Origin: an uncultured Verrucomicrobiota bacterium
GTDB lineage: Bacteria; Verrucomicrobiota; Verrucomicrobiia; Limisphaerales; UBA1319
Direction of reading: 5' to 3'
NCBI GenBank assembly: GCA_964458325.1
Contig: CAYWIM010000001.1
Location: 76,962 to 140,961, forward strand
Length of the DNA stretch: 64,000 nucleotides
Part shown: positions 30,068 through 38,975 of the stretch, in pieces
How positions within the stretch are numbered: the stretch's first letter is position 1
How the letters are laid out: every line of letters starts with the position of its first letter
Program-made: the position numbers and the translations under genes
Notes under the pieces: model-generated
Told to the model about the DNA's origin: nothing
The model's input: only the letters and a program-made list of their open reading frames with translations
Database searches by the model: none

Positions 30068-31258
30068 ATGAACACCAAGCATTCAATCGACGATCGATTC
30101 GAGGATCGGCAGGGATCGATGACGCGCCGGAATTTTCTGGGGACGGCGATGGCGGCGGCGGGCGGAGTGATGGGGATGGAATGGGCCATGGGCGAAGGCG
30201 TGGCGGCGGAGCGGATCGAGCGGCCTGGGATGCCGCGCTGGCGGGGATTCAATCTGACGAATTTCTTTCAGGCGCTGAGCTCGGGGGAGGAGGGGCGCGG
30301 GGAGGTGCGCGAGGACGATCTGCGGTGGATACGAGACTGGGGTTTCGATTTCGTCCGGCTGCCGATGGACTACTGGATGTGGGTGGACTCGGACTGGAAG
30401 GCGACGCGGAAGCTGGCGGTGGAGGATGTGACGAAGGCGAAAGAGAGCGTGCTCGAGCGGGTGGATCGGGCGGTCGAGCTCTGCCGGAAATACGGTCTGC
30501 ATTTGAGCCTGAACTTTCATCGCGCTCCAGGGTATTGCATCAACGATCCGGAGCGCGAGCCGTTCGTGCTGTGGTCGGATGCGCGGGCGGAGGAAGCGTT
30601 CGTGTGGCACTGGGAGCTGTTCGCGCGGCGATACCGGGGGGTGCCGCGGGAAGCGTTGAGCTTCAATCTGGTGAACGAGGCGCCGCGGGCGCGGGAGGGC
30701 TACATGTCGCGGGCGGACTATGCGCGGGTGATGACCCGGGCGACGGAGGCCATTCGCAAGCATCGGGAGGATCGGATCGTCATTATCGACGGATTGAACG
30801 TGGGGACAGAAGTTGTGAAGGAGATGATCCCGGCGGGGGTGGCTCAGAGCGTGCATGCGTATTGGCCGGCGGGGATCAGCCATTACCGGGCGGGATGGGT
30901 GGACCGGAACTCGAGTTTCCCGATGCCGGCGTGGCCGCTAAAGAGCGCGGATGGGAGCATCCAGGCGGATCGTCGGAAGCTCGAGGAGCGGTTTGCGCCT
31001 TGGGGAGAGCTGGCCCGGACGGGCATCGGGGTGCACTGCGGCGAGTGCGGATGTTTCAACCGGACGCCCTACGACGTTTTCCTGGCCTGGTTCACAGATG
31101 TCATGGAGGTGCTCCATGGGCATGGGATCGGGTATGCGCTCTGGAATTTCCGGGGATCGTTCGGCATACTCGATTCCGGGCGGCGCGATATCGAGTACGA
31201 GGAGTGGCAGGGGCATCGCTTGGACCGCCGTCTGCTCGAGGTGTTGCGGCGGCACTAG
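30068..31258 (+). CDS. Glycoside hydrolase family 5 (cellulase-like) with twin-arginine signal
   Basis: It has a TAT motif (MTRRNFLGTAMAAAGG); the alternative start at 30119 would begin exactly there. GH5 blocks are GFDFVRLPMDYW, FNLVNEAP (acid/base Glu) and GVHCGECG (nucleophile Glu). Confidence 0.8.
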   Translation: MNTKHSIDDRFEDRQGSMTRRNFLGTAMAAAGGVMGMEWAMGEGVAAERIERPGMPRWRGFNLTNFFQALSSGEEGRGEVREDDLRWIRDWGFDFVRLPMDYWMWVDSDWKATRKLAVEDVTKAKESVLERVDRAVELCRKYGLHLSLNFHRAPGYCINDPEREPFVLWSDARAEEAFVWHWELFARRYRGVPREALSFNLVNEAPRAREGYMSRADYARVMTRATEAIRKHREDRIVIIDGLNVGTEVVKEMIPAGVAQSVHAYWPAGISHYRAGWVDRNSSFPMPAWPLKSADGSIQADRRKLEERFAPWGELARTGIGVHCGECGCFNRTPYDVFLAWFTDVMEVLHGHGIGYALWNFRGSFGILDSGRRDIEYEEWQGHRLDRRLLEVLRRH

Positions 31259-32634
31259 ACGAACTTGCCCGGGTTGAGGATGCCGCGGGGATCGAGCGCG
31301 CGTTTGATGGTTCGGTGGAAGGCGCGGATTTCGGGGGAGGTGGCGAGGGGCCACCATCGTTTGCGGGCGAGGCCCACGCCGTGCTCGCCGGTGATGACTC
31401 CGCCCCAGGACAGGACGCGCTGGAAGAGCTCGTCGAGGGCGGCATCGCGGCGCGTCTCGAAGCCGGGTTTGAATTCGTCCACCATGACATTGACGTGGAT
31501 ATTGCCATCGCCGGCATGGCCGAAGCAGGCGACGGGCAGGCCGTGTCGGGCCTGCAACCGGGCGGTGAACCGGAAGAGATCCTCGAGGCGGCCGCGGGGC
31601 ACGGTGATATCCTCGTTCATCTTCTTCAGGCCGGTATCCTTGAGAGCGGCCGAGAACTCGCGCCGGACCTGCCAGATGGCCTCGCAGGCAGGGCCGCCAA
31701 ATGCGCGGTGGACAAAGCGCGGCTGGCAGGCGCGGATGATGCGCTCGGTGTGGCGCAGCTCCGAGCGGACGGACCGTTCCTGGCCGTCGATCTCGACGAT
31801 CAGGTGTGCGCGCGATCCGGCGAAGAGCCGGCTGCCGGTCCGTTTCTGGGCGGCGGCGAGCGTGAACTCATCGGCGACCTCGACGGCCGAGGGGAGGATG
31901 CCGGAGGCGAAGATGGCACGGATGGCGCGGGCGGTGTCGGCCATGGTCGGGAAGCCGACCGACAGGCAGGCGCGGCAGGGGGGCAAAGGGATCAATTTCA
32001 GCGTCGCCTCGGTGATGACACCCAGGAGGCCTTCGGAGCCGACAAAGAAGCGGGCCAGGTCGAAACCGGTTTTGTTTTTATGGGTGCGGCTGCCCAGGCG
32101 GAGAATCGTGCCGTTGGCCAGGACCACCTCGAGGCCGAGGAGATAGTCGCGGGTGACGCCGTATTTGAGGCAGCGGGGGCCGCCGGCGTTGGTGGCGATA
32201 TTGCCGCCGATGAAGGATTCGGCGCGGCTGGCGGGATCGGGAGGGTAGAACAGCCCTTTTCTTTCGACGGCGGCCTGGAGGTTGGCGGTGACGACGCCGG
32301 CCTGGACCACAGCGACGAAGTCGCCCGTGTGGATTTGCCGGATGCGGTTGAGGCGATCCAAGGAAAGGACGATGCCCCGGTGAACCGGGACGCAGCCGCC
32401 GGCATAGCCGTGGCCGGCGCCACGGGGGGTGACGGGGATTCGATGTTCGTGGGCAAAGCGGAGGATGGCAGATACGGAGGCGGTGGTCCGGGGGCGGGCC
32501 ACGGCGTCGGGCACGACGGACATCAGCCATTTATCCGAAGCATGGTCGTTTCGGACGGCGGGGTCCAGGGAGAGCTCGCCGGCTTCCAGGCGGCCCTGCA
32601 ATTGACGGAGATGGTCGGTCTGGCGCGGCTTCAT
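31255..32634 (-). CDS. FAD-linked oxidase (GlcD / D-lactate dehydrogenase-like)
   Basis: 459 aa with FAD-binding PCMH-type blocks (PVTPRGAGHGYAGGCVP, GGNIATNAGGPR) and a C-terminal GGVITGEHGVGL. Confidence 0.85.
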   Translation of the reverse strand: MKPRQTDHLRQLQGRLEAGELSLDPAVRNDHASDKWLMSVVPDAVARPRTTASVSAILRFAHEHRIPVTPRGAGHGYAGGCVPVHRGIVLSLDRLNRIRQIHTGDFVAVVQAGVVTANLQAAVERKGLFYPPDPASRAESFIGGNIATNAGGPRCLKYGVTRDYLLGLEVVLANGTILRLGSRTHKNKTGFDLARFFVGSEGLLGVITEATLKLIPLPPCRACLSVGFPTMADTARAIRAIFASGILPSAVEVADEFTLAAAQKRTGSRLFAGSRAHLIVEIDGQERSVRSELRHTERIIRACQPRFVHRAFGGPACEAIWQVRREFSAALKDTGLKKMNEDITVPRGRLEDLFRFTARLQARHGLPVACFGHAGDGNIHVNVMVDEFKPGFETRRDAALDELFQRVLSWGGVITGEHGVGLARKRWWPLATSPEIRAFHRTIKRALDPRGILNPGKFV

Positions 32635-32861
32635 GAGGGGGACTGGGTGTCGGAACCCGACTGGATGAGGCGGCGGGCATCCTCGGCCGCCGCGGGGTGG
32701 ACCTGGACGCGAATGCCGCCGGCGGCCAGCGAATAGCCTTCGATGCTCATGGCGGCGATCTCATCGGCCATGTTGACCTCGAAACCGGCAGCGTCGAGGC
32801 GCGACCGGATTACCTGGGCTTCGGCGGGGTTGAACGCGCGATAGATGGTGACCCATTCCAT
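32631..32861 (-). CDS. DUF2007 domain protein
   Basis: 76 aa. MEWVTIYRAFNPAEAQVIRSRLDAAGFEV...GIRVQVHPAAAEDARRLI matches the DUF2007 pattern. It makes an ATGA overlap with the glcD-like start. Confidence 0.65.
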   Translation of the reverse strand: MEWVTIYRAFNPAEAQVIRSRLDAAGFEVNMADEIAAMSIEGYSLAAGGIRVQVHPAAAEDARRLIQSGSDTQSPS

Positions 32862-32992
32862 GAAATCAGACTACCGCAAACGAGGAATGGTTCAAGGAGC
32901 AACTCCTGTCGCCATGTGTCCGCTTTGGGTGAATTGGCGTCCGTGGCGTAGAGCGAGAAAAAGAAACTGGTGTCTGCGTAGGTGTTCACCAC
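32810..32992 (-). pseudogene. Truncated PIN-domain (VapC-like) toxin remnant
   Basis: Only the first approximately 30 residues (MVNTYADTSFFFSLYATDANSPKADTWRQ) look PIN-like, including the first conserved Asp in ADTS. The rest runs into and overlaps the DUF2007 gene. The start overlaps the stop of the upstream small gene, as in TA pairs. Confidence 0.35.
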
Positions 32993-33258
32993 CGCTCCTC
33001 ATCCCGTGCGGCCAGAACCATGTTGGGCAGGACTTTGTCGCCAAAGATGCGACGCCGGTGCGCCGCGTAATCCGGCAGCCGCAGAGGCGCGGGGGCAGTC
33101 CGCTTATCGCTCGCAGTCTGACCGTTCTCCTCCAAGTCCTCGAGCAGCCAGCGAGCGATCTGCCACTTGTCCTGCCGGGCCAACTGACGTAGCGCCGACT
33201 CGATTTCCAAGACACCGCTCATGCGTTGAATCTGCACGCTCTGTTTTTGGACCGCCAA
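32986..33258 (-). CDS. Small antitoxin-like protein (orphaned)
   Basis: 90 aa with LEIESALRQLARQDKWQIARWLLEDLEE followed by LPDYAAHRRRIFGDKVLPNMVL. Its size and position directly upstream of the PIN remnant fit an antitoxin. Confidence 0.4.
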   Translation of the reverse strand: MAVQKQSVQIQRMSGVLEIESALRQLARQDKWQIARWLLEDLEENGQTASDKRTAPAPLRLPDYAAHRRRIFGDKVLPNMVLAARDEERW

Positions 33259-33334
33259 CAGCTTTTTCAGAATAGGGGTCGACCCATTTTATCCAGATGG
33301 ATTAGTCCTGATGAGTCCTGATGTATGCGGGGGG

Positions 33335-34306
33335 TTACGGTTTGCGGCCGGAGTAGATTGGGGTGCTGGGCCGGGCGGCGCGGGGCGCGCGGGGCTTGTA
33401 GAGAAGGCCATGGTTTTTGAGGTTGGCGCTGACCTCGGTGAGGTTGCTGAGAAGCAGGCTGAACTGGGACTGGATCGACGGGTCCTGGAGGAGGCTGCCG
33501 GCGAGGCCGCGTCCCTCCTGGAGCTGGGCGAGGAGGGCATCGATGCGGTTCCCCGCCGATGCGAAATGCTCGAGGGTGTGTTCGATGTCGCCTCGGTTGG
33601 TCTCGAGCATTTCCTGGAACTCGAGCCCCAGCAGGCTGAGGCGCTGGGAGAAGAGGGCGAGATTGCTCAGGGTGGAGCTGACGTGGACCTGGTTGGACGC
33701 GACCAGATGGTCGAGGGTGACGGCGACCGACGCGGCGCGATCGATGAGGATCGGGAAGTTGGTGAGGCTGGCGGCGACGTTGGTGAGAGTTGACTCGGAG
33801 AGCAGGGCGCGGTCGATGCGCCGCACGGCGGTGTCGAGCGTGTTGACGGCGCGGTCGGCGCCCTGGATCAAGTCGACGGCCGATCGGGCGGCCTCCTGGA
33901 GGTTGAACGGTTCCTGGCAGATGACCACGGCCCCTTCCTGGAGCGGGGGCGCCTCGTGGCTTTGGGGGGTGACAGCGATGTATTGGTCGCCGAGGAAGCC
34001 CGCCTGCTCGATGGTGAACACGGCGTCCTTGCGGATGATATAGCGGCGGTGAATGCGGACGTTGACGTAGACGGATTTGCCGTCGGGAGCGAGGTCGGCG
34101 CTGACGACCATGCCGACGGGGATGCCGGCCAGGAGGACGCTGGCGCGGGATTTGATGCCGCTGACGTTGGCGGTTTTGAGGATCAGGCCATAGGTGGGCT
34201 GCCAGAAAGAGATGCCTTTCGAGAAGAGCAAGGCCATCCCGGCGAGCAGGATCAGGCCGATCGAGACGAACAGGCCGACGCGCCAGGTCATGGATGCGGG
34301 TTTCAT
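33335..34306 (-). CDS. mlaD: MCE/MlaD-family substrate-binding protein
   Basis: It has an N-terminal TM segment (WRVGLFVSIGLILLAGMALLF) and an MCE block (LKTANVSGIKSRASVLLAGIPVGMVVS). It lies downstream of mlaE and mlaF. Confidence 0.8.
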   Translation of the reverse strand: MKPASMTWRVGLFVSIGLILLAGMALLFSKGISFWQPTYGLILKTANVSGIKSRASVLLAGIPVGMVVSADLAPDGKSVYVNVRIHRRYIIRKDAVFTIEQAGFLGDQYIAVTPQSHEAPPLQEGAVVICQEPFNLQEAARSAVDLIQGADRAVNTLDTAVRRIDRALLSESTLTNVAASLTNFPILIDRAASVAVTLDHLVASNQVHVSSTLSNLALFSQRLSLLGLEFQEMLETNRGDIEHTLEHFASAGNRIDALLAQLQEGRGLAGSLLQDPSIQSQFSLLLSNLTEVSANLKNHGLLYKPRAPRAARPSTPIYSGRKP

Positions 34307-35049
34307 AGTGTGACTTCGCGAGGGTCGGAGACGCCGTCCACGAATCGCCGGACGACGGGGTCGGCAGACCCGAAGATCTCCGGGGGGGTGCCGGAGGCGT
34401 AGACGCGCCCCTCGTGGAGCATCAGGACGCGCTGAGCGATGCGCCGGACGGTCCGCATGTCATGGGTGACGACGACTGTGGTGATGTGGAACTTGGCGCA
34501 AACCTGCTCGATGAGGCGGTCGATGCTGTCGGCCGAGACCGGGTCCAGGCCGGTGGTTGGCTCATCGTAGAAGACAATCCGAGGGCGGTGGACGATGGCG
34601 CGGGCCAGGCCGACTCTCTTGCGCATGCCGCCGGACAGCTCGGCGGGTTTTTGGGCCTGGATGCCGGGGAGGCCGACGAGGTCGAGCGCCTCGGCGACGC
34701 GGCGGGCGAGCTCGGCTGTCGAGCATTGGCCCTGGCGGCGGAGGAGGAAGCCGATATTTTCCTCGACGGTCATCGAATCGAACAGGGCGGCGGCCTGGAA
34801 GAGCATGCCGCACTGCTGGCGGATCTCGAGCAGGCCGCGCTCATCGAGGGCGCCGAGGTCGTGCCCAAGAACGACGACGCGTCCGGAATCGGCGGGCAGC
34901 AGACCGATGAGGATGCGGAGGAGGACGCTTTTGCCGCAGCCGCTGCGGCCGATGATGGCAGCGGCTTCGCCTTCGGCGATCCGGAAATCGACGCCATTGA
35001 GGACCACGCGGCCATCGAACCGGCGGACGATTCCCTGGGCCTGAATCAT
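34303..35049 (-). CDS. mlaF: ABC transporter ATP-binding protein MlaF-like
   Basis: The ATG at 35049 lies inside the longer ORF. It has Walker A GRSGCGKS, signature LSGGMRKR and Walker B IVFYDEPTTGLD. Confidence 0.85.
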   Translation of the reverse strand: MIQAQGIVRRFDGRVVLNGVDFRIAEGEAAAIIGRSGCGKSVLLRILIGLLPADSGRVVVLGHDLGALDERGLLEIRQQCGMLFQAAALFDSMTVEENIGFLLRRQGQCSTAELARRVAEALDLVGLPGIQAQKPAELSGGMRKRVGLARAIVHRPRIVFYDEPTTGLDPVSADSIDRLIEQVCAKFHITTVVVTHDMRTVRRIAQRVLMLHEGRVYASGTPPEIFGSADPVVRRFVDGVSDPREVTL

Positions 35050-35822
35050 GAGAGGCCCTCCAGCAAGCGGGTCAGGAGCAACGTCAGAAAGAAGTTGCCG
35101 ATCAGGACGGCGATGGATGACCAGACCACGGCCTCGGTCGTGGCGCGGCCGACGCCTTCGGCGCCCAGTGGGCAATGGAGGCCTTTGTAGCAGCTGATGA
35201 GGGCGATGAGCAGTCCGAAGACGACTCCCTTGATTTGCCCCATGATGAGCTCGTTGAGCCCGGTGTATCGGACCATGTTCGCCCAGGCGTAGGCGCCATC
35301 GATGCCCAGGAGGCCGACGCCGAGGGCGTAGGCCGCGCCGACGCCGATGCCGACGGACTCGGCGGTGAGCAGGGGCATGGCCAGCACGGTGGCGGCCAAT
35401 CGAGGAAGCAACAGATAATCCACCGGGTGCGCCCCGAGGGTGCGGAGAGCGTCGATCTGCTCGGTGACGCGCATGGTGCCGAGCTCGGCGGCCATGGCGG
35501 CGCCCACGCGGCCGGCGACCATCAGAGCGGTGAGCACGGGGCCCAGCTCGCTGCTCATGGACACGCTGACGACGGCGAGGGTGGCGGTGTCCATTTTGAC
35601 CTTGTGGAACTGGAAAAAGGTCTGGGCGCAAAGGACCAAGCCGGTGAAGGCGCCGGTGATGAGGACAACGGTTTGGGATCGGGCGCCGAGGAAATAGAAC
35701 TGGTAGGTCAGGTCCTGGACGTCCAGGCGGCCCCGGGCCAACGCGCGGACCGCCTCGGCCAGGAGCATGCTCAGCTCGCCCACGGCTTGGAGGGCATCAT
35801 GGATCCTTTGGCGCATCCGCAT
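35046..35822 (-). CDS. mlaE: ABC transporter permease MlaE-like
   Basis: ATG at 35822 (or 35816), about 258 aa. Typical blocks are ELGPVLTALMVAGRVGAAMAAELGTMRVTEQIDAL, and it is multi-TM. Confidence 0.85.
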   Translation of the reverse strand: MRMRQRIHDALQAVGELSMLLAEAVRALARGRLDVQDLTYQFYFLGARSQTVVLITGAFTGLVLCAQTFFQFHKVKMDTATLAVVSVSMSSELGPVLTALMVAGRVGAAMAAELGTMRVTEQIDALRTLGAHPVDYLLLPRLAATVLAMPLLTAESVGIGVGAAYALGVGLLGIDGAYAWANMVRYTGLNELIMGQIKGVVFGLLIALISCYKGLHCPLGAEGVGRATTEAVVWSSIAVLIGNFFLTLLLTRLLEGLS

Positions 35823-35994
35823 AGGTGCATGATCGGCGCCGGCGCCGCCTTTGGAGCCGGGCGCCGAGCCGCATTGGAAGCAGCGGGTCTTCGTCCAGAG
35901 GCGGCCTCCGACGGCAACAGGGAATAGATAGCCTGAGCATCGCCCATGGGCCAAGCGCAAAAAGAGCCGAAAAAGCTCGCGAGCAGGGGCGGCA

Positions 35995-38169
35995 ATGCGT
36001 ATGAATCCCGGCGGTCAAGATTGTATGCATGACTGGTGCGTGAAGCGATTGTGCCGGCGGGGCATGGCCGGCAGCCGATGGATGCCGATCGGATTGGCGT
36101 GGATGGTGGCGTGGGCGGCAGGGGCGGCAGATCTGGCGTGGAACTGGGCGAATCCGCGGCCCATGGGCAGCCATGTCTTCGACCTCTTCTCGACCAACGG
36201 CTGGTATTTCGTGGTGTCGGAGCGCGGCCGGCTCTATGCCAGCATGGACCTGGACTTATGGGCAGTGCGGGAGACGGGCACCTCGAAGGCGCTGCGGGCC
36301 ATGGGCCAGCTCGGGAGCCGGCTGATCGTCACGGGGGAGGGGGGGACGGTGTTGTATGCGGAGGGTCCGACCAACCGTTTTCATGCGATCGATCTGGGGA
36401 CCGAGGACTGGCTGGAAGCGGTCGCGATCTCCGCGGAGCTGGGATTGGCGGTGGCGGTGGGGGACCGGGGGGCCATTTATGCCAGCGGCGACGGGATCCA
36501 TTGGGAGCGGCAGGCTGCACCGTTCAACGATTGGCTGCGGGGGGTGGCGTTTGGGAACCACCTGTTCGTTGCGGTCGGAGAGGACGGCAGCATGGCCAGC
36601 AGCACCGATGGCCGGTATTGGCGGGCGCTGACGCGCCGGGTGGCCACGCATCTGAACCGCGTGTCGTGGCTGGGCGACCGGTTTTGGGCGGTGGGCGATG
36701 TGGGGGTGGTGCTCACGAGCGCCACGGGATCGAGCTGGGCGGCGCTTGGGGGGGGGGGGATCACGAACCATCTCCATGCGGTCGCTGGCGACAGCACGGT
36801 GCGATGGCTGATCGGGGATGGCGGGCTGTGGCGGGGCGAGCGATCGGGGACCCAATACGTTTGGTCCAGCGAGACGAGCGCCAGCAAGAGCCTGCCGGCG
36901 CCCGCCTGGACCTATTATTCGGCGATCTGGGATGGAGCGAACATCCTGGCGGGAGGCCGGACGGGAATGCTCGTGGCCGGGGGGCGGGCGAGCGCGTGGG
37001 CGGATTTCGATTGGCTGACGCTGAGCGACTCGGTTTACGCATGGCTGTGGGACGTGATCCGGCGCGATGGACGCTATGTGGCCGTGGGAGACAAGGCGGT
37101 CGTGCAGACCAGCGAGGACGGCGCGGAGTGGGACCTGGAGTGGGTGCCATCGGGAGCGACGAACTCGGTTTTTCTCGGGATTGGCCAGGGGCCGGCAGGT
37201 TTGCTGGCGGCGGGCACGCATGGCACGATGATCCATAGCCCCGACCAGTGGACCAACGTCGTGACGGAGACTGTCCTCATCGACGGCGGATCGACCGTCA
37301 CCAACCGAGTGACCAATGCGGTGAACCTGGCGGGATGGATCTGGGACGTCGTCGAGCCGCGTCCCACGACCAACGACCTGCAGGGCGTGATGGCATGGAA
37401 TGGGCAGTGGTTCGTGTGTGGAGGGCAGGGCACATTATTGCGGAGCCCAGACCTGGCAAGCTGGACGCCGCTGAGCACGGGAACCGGCGCGTTTCTATCG
37501 AGCATGGCTGCATTTCCGGGAGGTGTGGTGGCGGTGGGAGATGGAGGCGCCATCCTGCATAGCGCGGATGGGGAGACCTGGGCGCCGCGGGAATCGGGGA
37601 CGACGAACTGGCTTTACCGAGTGCGATGGATTCGAGACCGGCTGGTGGCGGTGGGCGAAAGCGGGACGATCCTGACCAGCGGCGATGGCCTCGCGTGGGT
37701 GGCGCAAGCCAGCGGGGTTTCGCAGTGGCTCAACGATGTCCTGCGGCTCGAGGACCGGCTGGTGGCGGTGGGCAGCCAGGGGATTGTGCTGCAAAGCCCC
37801 GACGCGGTTCAGTGGACGCGTGCGGGGAACATCACTTTGAAATCGCTGTTTGCCTTGGCGGGCGAGCCCCACCAGCTGGTGGCGGTGGGGGTGGAAGGCG
37901 CCATCCTCCGATGCCAGACGGCCCCGGCGCAGATCCTCGATTATCAATTTGAAAATGGATCGGGCGATGGGGGATCGGCAACCAACCGGTTCCTGGTGTC
38001 GGGATCTCCGGGCGGAGCATTCACCGTCGAAAAAGGTGGCGATCTCGGCACGTGGCAGCCGGGTTTGACGAATGTGTTCCTGGATAACACGGGCCTGATG
38101 CGAATCCAGGAGACGGAGGATCGGTTGCCGGCCCGGTTTCGTCGGGCCCGGGCGTTGCCGGAGGGGTAG
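35995..38169 (+). CDS. Secreted Asp-box (BNR-like) beta-propeller repeat protein
   Basis: At least nine repeats carry the S-x-D-G-x-x-W motif (ASGDGIHW, SSTDGRYW, TSEDGAEW, HSADGETW, TSGDGLAW ...). The alternative start at 36064 (MAGSRWMPIGLAWMVAWAAGA) gives a signal peptide. Confidence 0.6.
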   Translation: MRMNPGGQDCMHDWCVKRLCRRGMAGSRWMPIGLAWMVAWAAGAADLAWNWANPRPMGSHVFDLFSTNGWYFVVSERGRLYASMDLDLWAVRETGTSKALRAMGQLGSRLIVTGEGGTVLYAEGPTNRFHAIDLGTEDWLEAVAISAELGLAVAVGDRGAIYASGDGIHWERQAAPFNDWLRGVAFGNHLFVAVGEDGSMASSTDGRYWRALTRRVATHLNRVSWLGDRFWAVGDVGVVLTSATGSSWAALGGGGITNHLHAVAGDSTVRWLIGDGGLWRGERSGTQYVWSSETSASKSLPAPAWTYYSAIWDGANILAGGRTGMLVAGGRASAWADFDWLTLSDSVYAWLWDVIRRDGRYVAVGDKAVVQTSEDGAEWDLEWVPSGATNSVFLGIGQGPAGLLAAGTHGTMIHSPDQWTNVVTETVLIDGGSTVTNRVTNAVNLAGWIWDVVEPRPTTNDLQGVMAWNGQWFVCGGQGTLLRSPDLASWTPLSTGTGAFLSSMAAFPGGVVAVGDGGAILHSADGETWAPRESGTTNWLYRVRWIRDRLVAVGESGTILTSGDGLAWVAQASGVSQWLNDVLRLEDRLVAVGSQGIVLQSPDAVQWTRAGNITLKSLFALAGEPHQLVAVGVEGAILRCQTAPAQILDYQFENGSGDGGSATNRFLVSGSPGGAFTVEKGGDLGTWQPGLTNVFLDNTGLMRIQETEDRLPARFRRARALPEG

Positions 38170-38189
38170 GCGGGCTGCGGCGGATCGAT

Positions 38190-38975
38190 CTACTGGGCGC
38201 ACCAACCGCCGTCGATCACGATATCGGTGCCGGTGATGAATCCGGCCTTCTCGGAACAGAGGAACAGGGCCAGGGCGGCGACTTCGTCGGGATCTCCCCA
38301 GCGTGCCAGTGGGATGCGAGACAGGAACGACCGGGTCAGCTCCGGATTCTCGAGTATGGGCCGGTTGATCTCGGTGGCGCAGGGGCCTGGGCTGATTCCG
38401 TTGACGGTGATCCGGTCCGGGGCGAGCTCGAGGGCGAGCGCGCGGGTGAAGCCGAGCAGGCCGGCTTTGGTGGTGGCGTAGAGGGTGCGCTCGGGCAGCG
38501 CGACATGGCTCATCATCGAGGTCAGGTTCAGAATGCGGCCAAAGCCGCCTCCTTTCATCAGCGGGACGAACGACCGGCACATGAGGAAGGGCCCGGTCAG
38601 GTTGGTGGCGAGCACGCGGTTCCACTCGTCGAGGGTGAAATCGGCGATCGATTTTCGGATGTTGATGCCGGCGTTATTGACGAGGATATCCAGACGCGGG
38701 GAGTGCAGGCGGAACGACCGGGCCAGATCGAGGACTTGGGTTTCATCGGCGACATCGGCGGCTTGGCAGCGGGCGCGGCCGCCCCGGGATTGGATTTCGC
38801 GAGCGGCGTCCTCGAGGAGGCGGAGGTTGCGAGCGACGAGGACCACCTCGGCGCCGGCGCGGGCGAGGGCGGCGGCGATGGCTTTGCCCAGGCCTTTGCT
38901 GGCGCCGGTGACCAGGGCCACCTTGCCGTGCAGTGCGGTGTCGGGCATATCGGAGGCGATCGAGGGGGCGCTCAT
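38190..38975 (-). CDS. Short-chain dehydrogenase/reductase (SDR)
   Basis: It has the TGASKGLG cofactor motif, NNAG, and the catalytic motif YATTKAG (YxxxK). Confidence 0.85.
   Translation of the reverse strand: MSAPSIASDMPDTALHGKVALVTGASKGLGKAIAAALARAGAEVVLVARNLRLLEDAAREIQSRGGRARCQAADVADETQVLDLARSFRLHSPRLDILVNNAGINIRKSIADFTLDEWNRVLATNLTGPFLMCRSFVPLMKGGGFGRILNLTSMMSHVALPERTLYATTKAGLLGFTRALALELAPDRITVNGISPGPCATEINRPILENPELTRSFLSRIPLARWGDPDEVAALALFLCSEKAGFITGTDIVIDGGWCAQ

Noticed and set aside
31255-31258. Convergent GH5 and glcD-like genes share overlapping stop codons in the palindrome CTAG
   Set aside because: The overlap is real but a trivial consequence of tight packing, and no regulatory inference is justified.
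30055-32736. 893-aa plus-strand ORF overlapping GH5 in another frame and antisense to the glcD-like gene
   Set aside because: It is G/A/R/E-rich with no domain signature. Both overlapped genes have clear catalytic motifs.
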